Sequence record: MN988561.1 | DNA: 64,000 bases | Direction: 5' to 3' (one strand) | Shown: positions 57,101-64,000 of the stretch, in pieces | How the letters are laid out: each line of letters starts with the position of its first letter | Numbering within the stretch: the first letter of the stretch is position 1 | Notes under the pieces: model-generated | The model's database searches: none | The model's input: the letters and a program-made list of their open reading frames with translations, nothing else | What the model was told of the DNA's origin: nothing | Translations under genes and position numbers: made by a program

Positions 57101-57241
57101 CTTTAGATCGTTTCTAATCGACTCCTGAATTTCATTCAATTCAGCTGCTTGTAGACCACTACCTGCAAGGAATAGAAGACGACTATAATTCTTAGTCGCA
57201 TCAAATCTATTAAAATATGCGTTAGGAGGCGTATATGTCAT
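54131..57241 (-). CDS. large baseplate/tail-fibre attachment protein (DUF4815-like)
   Basis: YFNRFDATKNY..LF..G..LQAAELNEIQ, GQPGA.R, YDRETRGS, YYDPIAETF. Confidence 0.8.
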   Translation of the reverse strand: MTYTPPNAYFNRFDATKNYSRLLFLAGSGLQAAELNEIQESIRNDLKLILTQLVTNGSILTGGEVEAVTTTGITLKNATVYLDGVTAQVPTRVVPITATGTYVVGVAAKTVLITELEDPLILEPDPASPNVGQPGAMREKMSARWIAQGELTGDEVFFPIITIVDGVIQTISRQTDDVSLVMNKLLNQYDRETRGSTVLYGMSASFDSFDGSNSAIVNISSGKARVNGVPVIIETQQKVLFDPVVDNRAVAGEPYTYTGSATYNLRYNKINTVTRIQGTKSVTRTITHGSFSGAIDVLPDTPVLAVSSVTQGGTTYVVNTDYIVSGDSINWSPGGAEPAPGSTYTVTYTYISTFVPTISGDGLGVVLDSSNVLVNGSVFYVDYDYFLKRIDRLSITENKQFVISRGTPGYTTYNPPQYLSNALSLFTIELINGSNPVITADTVTNIPQSELNSLKSRLFSVEDNVATLSLMDSARSTDPTTNKRNLFVDNLKSNVKQDLGLTNNMILYLESLILDSTYNRLGVTSATTTLPFTETDVISQTQVTTSQKINPYAVAGAPPIGQLQLTPSNITQTTIWYQYRTIPSATGSWKKNVWNTIRDLFSTPLTSQTKTSTITTETVQARFLGFAPGETIHITYRSISQNVTADGSGAYTYNLSVAAGTPTNNYEIKGVGLSSNTTASAVLRVMTTATTEVVYYDPIAETFVLDEDDGDLTSVSLYVTELPDDDIVTKVAEAEYGIPLSATQSESGRIKKASVVAGWNKISFESPIPVSRGDEKALVVLTSQPAGSVGIAKLGYNDMLTQKRVTQQPYGGVFQVSANESTWTAFQDSDLTMILRKAVYTSGTATATLLTLTGLTSISDWVLSDETITVPQSTTARFYLQDQAGTQYDITPGIPLYTVPLSGTVLLKVDMISSSTNKSPIIGKGLCLYGGTPVKPGTYTSRQFDIPNGSTTPATLKLVIDQYVPTGSTFQPSVQLANSSFASMTFVSSTQIGNEWTTSVYTYTGLAANASRLRLTLDKTDFTTAPAIRNIRLTIS

Positions 57242-57337
57242 TTTATCCTCAGAATGTCATAACTATTTCGTAGAACTCTCTAGTTGAAGAGTTTCTAATA
57301 ATAGGAGAAACGTTCTCANNNNNNNNNNNNNNNNNNN

Positions 57338-58086
57338 GAACCCTTATCGGAGACTTCACTTGGTATTAGGTATTGCTTATTCTCATTACCTGCTGTAGGT
57401 ACTGTACTAATAAATATACCGTATTGATAGATAGTATTATTAGGCGCATCTGTGAGATCGTAAGCAATATAAGCGTAGATATATTTCGTCGGAGTTAATG
57501 ACTCAGCCCATCGTCCCTGGTTTGTAACATACGCACCATTCACATCAGGTTTAACATACTTAACACTCATAACTTTTCTACGACCAAGTTCTCTATAAAG
57601 ACCTTCATAGGTCAATAGAGGACTTGGAGGGGATGTAGTCCAAAGTGCAGAAGAAGTAGTGTTAACAGTCGGTATTGAAACAGTACCGACTGTAACTGAA
57701 CCGTTATCAATCCATTCAGCAGCAGTAACTGTTACAAGATACTTGTAATCATTTGATGCTGTTCTACCATAAACTTTGTAGGATTTAGCACCAGATACTG
57801 CACTCCAAGTCAACTTGATTGAACTACCAACTGAACTTAGAGTGAATGCAATAGCAGAAGATCCCGTAGTTTCTCCAGCATCTGTCGTACAAGTAACCTT
57901 GTAAGTATAACTTCCCAGAGGAAGCGTTCCTGCAACAGCTGATAGTGTGGCAGCTCCACTTGTCGGAGGGTCCATGTAAGGAGGGATATCTCCCCATGCA
58001 AGGTACAGTTGCTGATCTTTAATCGATTTAGCGATCGCAACGTGACCTGTATTGGTTAGCACCATAAAAGCCATAATTAACTCCAA
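57338..58086 (-). CDS. baseplate wedge protein (3-prime end lost in gap)
   Basis: VLTNTGHVAIAK..LYLAWGD, ELGRRK, PTKYIY. Confidence 0.6.
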
Positions 58087-58410
58087 TTATAGAACAGTAA
58101 GATAGATACTGTTGAACTTCTTACCAAAATTCAAGGTACCTCCACTGCTCTGATCGCCAGCGAGTGTAGGTGTTGTAATCGCATCTACATCTGCACTAAT
58201 ACCATGTCGATACATCGCGATGTGATTAGTTCTTAAAGTTTCAGCTCTATCTAGCATCGACTTACCGAGTACGAAGTTATGCGAAAGTGATTTATCTTGC
58301 CATGAATAATTTATGTTACCATCAAGTGGTCTTAGATCCTGGTCAAGCTTACTTTCATCAAGTGTGAAAGCATAGATATTATGACGTCTACGTCTGATAT
58401 CGAATGCGAA
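58087..58410 (-). CDS. C-terminal fragment of an unseen baseplate gene (not in ORF track)
   Basis: 108-codon open frame FAFDIRRRR...SIYLTVL-stop beginning at the N-run. It implies the gap hides more than 19 nt. Confidence 0.5.
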   Translation of the reverse strand, partial: FAFDIRRRRHNIYAFTLDESKLDQDLRPLDGNINYSWQDKSLSHNFVLGKSMLDRAETLRTNHIAMYRHGISADVDAITTPTLAGDQSSGGTLNFGKKFNSIYLTVL

Positions 58411-58431
58411 CTNNNNNNNNNNNNNNNNNNN

Positions 58432-59417
58432 TAACTGAGAAGTGGTCTTTTCTGGTCTGTAACGTATGCGAGATCAACAGTACAACACGTATTTTGTCTC
58501 TTCACTGCATAACTTGAGATGATACCTGCATAAGATAGCGAGATGCTATTATAGTCCGCTAGTGTAATTAGACGTCTTTTAGTCGTGAAGTATCCTGGAG
58601 CGACTGATTTCAGTTTCTCGAGACTGTCTTCATTAGATCCATAAGAGAGAATTGTACCAGATAAGACTTCACCAGCATTGAATGTCAACTGAGATAGATC
58701 CAAACTCAGATCTTCAGTAGCTGCTCCAGGTTGAATGTATTCAACTTTAACGATATCGCCATTGTTAAGTTTCATCCCTAGATCGTCATCACCAAAGATG
58801 AAGTAGGTACCTGCCGTATAAGTTCTTTCTAGAACATCAGCATCAACTAGATCTTCAGCATTTCGTACAACAGTTACAAGTTCGTCATTTACCATGACGT
58901 TGTAGAGATTGTTGTCAATGGTGTCTTCAACAAGAAATCGTTCGAATACTTTCGTACTTGTAGAAGTGAATTGTACTGACTTCCAGAGACCAATAACTAC
59001 ATCAACAGTATTCTGACCAGCAACAAATCCTGTATCAGATAGAATCGAAAGAAACTCACCTCGATAGTTACCGATCGGAGTCTCTTTGGTCCACTGAACA
59101 GGATTAGTTAATGTGAATGTAATTCTGAATCTAGGTGCTGCCATTCTATTGACATTGTAACCTAGAGTCGTTGACAATCCTACTACTGAAGATCGTAGTC
59201 GAGCAGTATCAATGTAGGCCTCTCTACGATTAGCAGATGCCATGTAGCTCAAGAATGATCCAAGACCTGCAGCGAGTTCGATGGTGGTCATACCAGCACC
59301 ACCCTCGTAGAAGTCTTTCCATCTTCTCTGGTAGTCGTTCAGTGACTGAACATATGTCTTCAAGTCGTTTCTGATAGACTCAAAGGAGATTGAAGTAGGA
59401 TTGATAATATTACTCAT
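58432..59417 (-). CDS. baseplate wedge protein, T4 gp6-like (truncated by gap)
   Basis: SISFESIRNDLKTY..WKDFYEGGAG..LGYNV, RLITLADY. Confidence 0.8.
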
Positions 59418-59782
59418 TTGGACAGTCCTATGACTTGTTCAAATCTATCGTCTCCTAGTCCGACGACCTCAAATACAAGATATACTCGATAGATATGATT
59501 ATCGTAATCCGGATCAACACTAGATCTTGATGTGTCCAGAATTACTCTAGGCTCCCATCTGTAGATAGCTTCGACGATTTCGTTATACATCTGAAACGCG
59601 AGAGCTTCAGTCATAGGTTCGAAAAGTAAGTCTTCCAGATTAGATCCGAAGTCTGCTAGGAATAGTCTCGTATTTTTACTCGTGGTTAGGATCGATATGA
59701 TTGATTGTTTGATCGAATCAATATCGTAAACGTAATTAGATTTCAACGATTGATTGATATCGGAGTAAACATAATACTGCAT
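59414..59782 (-). CDS. baseplate/sheath initiator, T4 gp25-like
   Basis: YSDIN..IKQSIISILTT..RLF..FGS..LFEP..WEPRV. Confidence 0.88.
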   Translation of the reverse strand: MQYYVYSDINQSLKSNYVYDIDSIKQSIISILTTSKNTRLFLADFGSNLEDLLFEPMTEALAFQMYNEIVEAIYRWEPRVILDTSRSSVDPDYDNHIYRVYLVFEVVGLGDDRFEQVIGLSK

Positions 59783-59783
59783 G

Positions 59784-60392
59784 TCAATTCAGATTAATCT
59801 TATCACCAGTAACATTGATTTCTCCATTACTGGTAACATTAATCTCTCCCTCTGCACTAATGTTAATCGTACCTTTGAGACTGAGACTCAAGGAGCCATC
59901 CTTCTCAATTTTCATATTCAACTTAGGCTCGTCAGACGATTGAGTAGAAGAAGACCCTTCATCTTCTTCAGTAGCCATGTGGATGTACTCTGCAGTACCT
60001 TTCTTCTTATTCTGTCGATAGACATTACCAGAAGTATCTCTCCAACCATAGCTCTCAGGATAATCTTCGTCGAAATCTCCTGTAGACTCTTTCTCACTCT
60101 GCCAATGACCTGAGTAGAATGGCTGATAAACATTACCATGAGGAAAGGTAACAGATAGATGTGATCCAATCACTGGCACACTAAACTGACTACCTTTTCC
60201 AGACCCTCCTTGGAAGGTAGGTTGATTAGGATAAACCCATGGAAGGTCTTCAGTATTACCTTTGTAAATACCATCAATCGTGACTTTAACTCGACCTAGC
60301 TTCTTAGGGTCTTTGTTGTCAACAACAGTACCCTTCTGAGGCTTATTCAAATTATTAGTCTTGCTCATCCACTCTGCTGGTTTTAGAAGCAT
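59784..60392 (-). CDS. baseplate spike, gp5/VgrG OB-fold protein
   Basis: GTVVDNKDPKKLGRVKV..LPW..VPVIGS. Confidence 0.85.
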   Translation of the reverse strand: MLLKPAEWMSKTNNLNKPQKGTVVDNKDPKKLGRVKVTIDGIYKGNTEDLPWVYPNQPTFQGGSGKGSQFSVPVIGSHLSVTFPHGNVYQPFYSGHWQSEKESTGDFDEDYPESYGWRDTSGNVYRQNKKKGTAEYIHMATEEDEGSSSTQSSDEPKLNMKIEKDGSLSLSLKGTINISAEGEINVTSNGEINVTGDKINLN

Positions 60393-60450
60393 TAATTATT
60401 TCCTACTGCACCGTTCATAGCTTCACGATTCNNNNNNNNNNNNNNNNNNN

Positions 60451-60969
60451 AGGAAAATTCTTAGACCCTAAGTCGGATCTCGTCCACAATTCATTAACGA
60501 ATGATTTATCTGTGATACTATGTTGGATCCAATTTTGAATATCTGAAGATGCTGAGATATCGAAATCTGGAATAAAGTGCTTGCTAACAATTTGACTCAT
60601 TGTAGCAATAGCTGACTGCTTAGGGGTGACCATAACATCGGTACCAGTTAGGTATTCGATTCTATCGTACAACCCCTTCACAGTCATAATATAACTCGAA
60701 CCTGAACGTCTTGAAAGCTCTTTCTTCATAGGCTTCAATCTCATGTTCGACAGTTCTAAGGTATCCAATCCCATCGCGGCGTTGATGACAGATTTCTCAT
60801 TCATATGAGAGATAACTTCGTCACTATCAGACTCGAATGTCAACTCGAAAGTTGGTAAAGTATTACCAGCTTCTTCGACGACCATGAATCTCTTTAGATC
60901 TGAGTTACCGAGAAAGTTACGTCCATTGATATCGAATGATGCGACATACTGACCTTTAACACCTATCAT
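60451..60969 (-). CDS. putative baseplate hub protein (truncated by gap)
   Basis: Position between the gp53-like and gp5-like genes. Confidence 0.5.
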
Positions 60970-60979
60970 CTTAAGTCCT

Positions 60980-61327
60980 CTACGATGAAACTCCTGGCAC
61001 TAGCGAGAAGTAGATATTCTCAAGCGTTGATACACTTGGATAACGGATAACTGTACCTGTAACAATATCCTCAGGATCTACAATATCGTTGTAGAGCATG
61101 AGGATCCACCAATACTGAGAATAACCTAGACCATAGATCTTCTCAGAAATCAGGTCAGGACGACCGTCCTCACTCGTGACAGTGAAGACACCATATTTAC
61201 CGATAGTTCTCAGTTTATCCATAAATGTCGAATCAAGGATATCGTACATGTCCTCTGAATAAGGCATAAACTTTGCTTGATCGTATCTATTGATAACATT
61301 AGCGTCGTAATTGATTTTGAATGCCAT
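60980..61327 (-). CDS. baseplate wedge protein, T4 gp53/LysM-like
   Basis: GRPDLISEKIYG..YWWILMLYNDIVDP. Confidence 0.8.
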   Translation of the reverse strand: MAFKINYDANVINRYDQAKFMPYSEDMYDILDSTFMDKLRTIGKYGVFTVTSEDGRPDLISEKIYGLGYSQYWWILMLYNDIVDPEDIVTGTVIRYPSVSTLENIYFSLVPGVSS

Positions 61328-61336
61328 TTACGACTC

Positions 61337-62020
61337 CTAACGAATGTTGTCCAAGAACCATCCTTGTACTTCCTTCTTAGTAGGAAGTATTGCAGGTTGG
61401 AATTGGAGAGTTACCTTAGCATAAAGTGGTTTATTCGTACCCTTCACAGTCTCTTTCGAGAATACTGTAGATACACTCATCAGTACGAGACGACTAGCTC
61501 TAAACCAATTGGCATATTGGATTGACCATGTCCCACGTAATGAATTTCTGAATGAGTCTTCTCCAACATTAGCATCAATATCTGGTGTCCATCCGTCCAT
61601 ACTAATATCAACAATCTTCGAGCTATATCCATAAGGTGCTTGAAGGAGTGGAAAGGAGTATTCAGGAGTAACACCACCATAGAGATATTTAATATCGTCA
61701 AAGATATTAACATTTCTATTGTAAGTGATGAGAGTGATAGGGATTACGAACGTCGGTTTACTTGAACCATTCCATCTCGATAGTGTCTGCTGGAGTGACT
61801 TAACAACTCTCTGAGTCATACCGAATGGATTGGTAGCTGCATTTAAGAATTTACTGGCTGCTTCACCTAGACTGGCTGAGTCTGCATCGCTGAATTCACT
61901 AGTAATGTCGAAGCCAAAATCGGCTTCGACAAGTGCAGTGATGGCTCTACCTGGACCAGCAATCATAACTGTAGCATTTCCATTTTTCTTAAGAGATTCT
62001 ACATAGAGAGATTTTGTCAT
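61337..62020 (-). CDS. putative tail-tube initiator / baseplate protein
   Basis: Position after the tape measure gene; tube-like KVTLQFQP C-terminus. Confidence 0.45.
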   Translation of the reverse strand: MTKSLYVESLKKNGNATVMIAGPGRAITALVEADFGFDITSEFSDADSASLGEAASKFLNAATNPFGMTQRVVKSLQQTLSRWNGSSKPTFVIPITLITYNRNVNIFDDIKYLYGGVTPEYSFPLLQAPYGYSSKIVDISMDGWTPDIDANVGEDSFRNSLRGTWSIQYANWFRASRLVLMSVSTVFSKETVKGTNKPLYAKVTLQFQPAILPTKKEVQGWFLDNIR

Positions 62021-63999
62021 CCTAGAAACATCTGTTGGAACATAGATATACCAAGATCGTCGATAGAGTTCTTCGTGTCCTTAGCAGTGGATGTATTCAT
62101 AGCAGTCTGAAGACTAGCTGGAGCAGCTGCAGCAGGAGCTTGAGATATATTTGGTGCAACAGTAGGTGGTTGTATTCTGTTGACGTTAGGCATATCCATC
62201 TGAGGGACAACTGTAGTTCTCACTTTTCTAGGATCTGTACCCTGAGGAGTGAAATTAGGTCCGTTCAGATAAGCATCTGCTTCAGCATCAGTATACTTGT
62301 ACTCAGGATTGACTCCTGCAAGACCTTGATCAATAAGTCTCTGAGACTCCTTCGATACAATAGGTCCACCTTCGTTATTGTAATTCCAGAATTTAGCACG
62401 ATCGGTATGTTTATCCATATGGATACCACCACCGCTCATCTGCATTCCTACTCCACCATAACCTGAAGCAATATATCCTTGACTTACTCTTGCATATTCT
62501 TCTTGAGAGATCTGCTTGCCATCAGGTCCGATAATCTTAAGGTCTGCAGCACCTCCATGGTCGTGACGAGTTGATCCTGTACGAGGACCTCCTTCTTCCT
62601 TACCATTTTGACCGCCACTATATACCTCTACACGGTATCCTGGACCTAGAGTCTTGTAAACACTTCTGGCAATATTTCTCTTCAGATCAGGTTCAATACC
62701 TTGCTTACGAATACCAGCTGTCTGACCTTGATTCTCTGAAACAATCTTATCTACACCTGCTGATCCTTGACCTGGACCAAAGTTAGGCATCATAAGGGAC
62801 ATTCCAGATCCAGGACTTGCACCTAATAAATTGAAATTAGGCTTACCAGAAGCTTGAGTATCGTTAAGATACTGGCTACGTTTACCTATTTCACCTGAAG
62901 GATTCTGAGGTCTCTCAAACCCACTAATATGTGCAGACATTGCCTCTGCAGCAGTTGTGGCAGACATGATCTTAGCATTGGCTCTAGATTCAGATCCTAA
63001 CATCTCTTGACGATAGTACTGTTGTTGAACACCAACGTCAGTCCAATCTTTTCCTTGAGATGCAGCGAACTTCTTCAGATCAGTGAATCTCGTAGATCCA
63101 TTTCTGGAACTATCGTGCCACTGAGCAGTACCACCTGATTCACCGTCAACGTCATTAGCATTGTAAGCAGCAGAATTCAGACCAGATCCACTCTCGCCTC
63201 TCATCGAAGCGATTTCACCTCTAGCTTGTTCAGGAGTTCTTCCTAGTCCACCTTGAGATACTGGTTTGGTTAAGAAATCATACCAACTCTTAACGTTGTC
63301 ATTAGCGCCTGATCCACTGATACCTGGTTTAGACAAGTCTTGAGCAGATGCTCCTAACATCTTGAAGTTACTACCAGATGATCCTGAGAATCCTGCAGAT
63401 TGAGGCATATTGCTATTGGAGAAACTCCCTTTACCATCTCCTAAGAATCCGGAGTTGAATAAGTTAGCTCTCTGTCTTTCAGCAGCAATCTGTTGAGGAG
63501 TCTTAGCTGAACGACCTGATCTTCTTGATCGACCTGATCCTCCACCACCTCCAGATCCTGTCGAACTTGATCCTCCTAATCCAGGAAGACCATCTGCAGG
63601 ATTATAACTGATTCCTGATGCAGATACACCTGCTCCAGGATAATTAGGTAAACCTGAATTGAAATTCAAGCGAGGATTAAGTTCTTTAGCTATCTTCTTA
63701 GCTAAGTCTTCTCTTTCCTTCTCTCTTTCTCTATTCAATTGACTTTCAGATTTACGAGAATCTTCAAGTGACTTCTGACCGAGTCCGAGCCAGCTTCTAG
63801 GAGTACCTATATTGTCAAGGATCCATTTGTCCAGACCTTCAGCACTCTTACTGTTCTTCTCAATAAACTTCTGAAGTTCTTTAGGGTCAGTAGGTATTTC
63901 ATCTACAAGACTGTATGCTGTATAAGCTCCGATGAGTGGAACTGCTTTACCTAGGACCTTACCAAGTATAGAAGACGATCCTTTGAAGATACCTCCAAC
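62017..63999 (-). CDS. tape-measure-like tail protein with lysozyme and M15-like peptidase domains (5-prime partial)
   Basis: The frame is open to the window edge. MRGESG..GTAQWH (phage tail lysozyme-like) and STRHDHGGAAD..GIHMD (M15-like) motifs. Confidence 0.75.
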   Translation of the reverse strand, partial: VGGIFKGSSSILGKVLGKAVPLIGAYTAYSLVDEIPTDPKELQKFIEKNSKSAEGLDKWILDNIGTPRSWLGLGQKSLEDSRKSESQLNREREKEREDLAKKIAKELNPRLNFNSGLPNYPGAGVSASGISYNPADGLPGLGGSSSTGSGGGGGSGRSRRSGRSAKTPQQIAAERQRANLFNSGFLGDGKGSFSNSNMPQSAGFSGSSGSNFKMLGASAQDLSKPGISGSGANDNVKSWYDFLTKPVSQGGLGRTPEQARGEIASMRGESGSGLNSAAYNANDVDGESGGTAQWHDSSRNGSTRFTDLKKFAASQGKDWTDVGVQQQYYRQEMLGSESRANAKIMSATTAAEAMSAHISGFERPQNPSGEIGKRSQYLNDTQASGKPNFNLLGASPGSGMSLMMPNFGPGQGSAGVDKIVSENQGQTAGIRKQGIEPDLKRNIARSVYKTLGPGYRVEVYSGGQNGKEEGGPRTGSTRHDHGGAADLKIIGPDGKQISQEEYARVSQGYIASGYGGVGMQMSGGGIHMDKHTDRAKFWNYNNEGGPIVSKESQRLIDQGLAGVNPEYKYTDAEADAYLNGPNFTPQGTDPRKVRTTVVPQMDMPNVNRIQPPTVAPNISQAPAAAAPASLQTAMNTSTAKDTKNSIDDLGISMFQQMFLG

Positions 64000-64000
64000 A

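Noticed and set aside
799-62786. Numerous short overlapping or antisense ORFs inside long genes
   Set aside because: They lack SD sites and motifs and are shadows of the dominant frame.
1-64000. Stop-codon reassignment
   Set aside because: Long ORFs are intact under the standard code and no suppressor-anticodon tRNA was found.

Overview
64 kb segment of a large, AT-rich, T4-like contractile-tailed (jumbo-type) phage. A lipoprotein/spanin-type lysis cassette points to a Gram-negative host. + strand 1-35.6 kb: a HEXXH-peptidase/vWA gene pair; a 13 kb tRNA cluster (20 canonical tRNAs plus aberrant ones) with three homing endonucleases and many small ORFs; a Ro60/TROVE (Rsr) gene; then NAD-dependent ligase, primase, Cas4-like nuclease, dCMP deaminase, DinG-like helicase, HD nucleotidase, a UDG-PolA fusion and a compact bacterial-type RNA polymerase beta-prime subunit. 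- strand 35.6-64 kb: prohead-core-like and small head proteins, SGNH/Ig/beta-helix adhesins, lysis genes, tail fibres, baseplate genes (gp6/gp25/gp5/gp53-like) and a tape-measure/lysin gene running off the right end. Nine N-gaps interrupt this module. The most striking signals are non-coding. (1) Seven Y-RNA-like units plus one mini unit lie directly upstream of the Ro60 gene. All share a GTTGCGA stem motif, paired with ATCTC in the seven full units, and most carry circularly permuted tRNA modules. (2) A separate permuted tRNA-like RNA follows a conserved uncharacterised gene at 11.4 kb. (3) A tandem pair of a pseudoknotted RNA motif with covarying base pairs lies at 7.0-7.35 kb. (4) Six intergenic copies of a fixed-spacing motif AGCGAA-N13-AGCCTTCCT are a candidate promoter for the phage RNA polymerase. 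All calls were made by eye; no searches were run.
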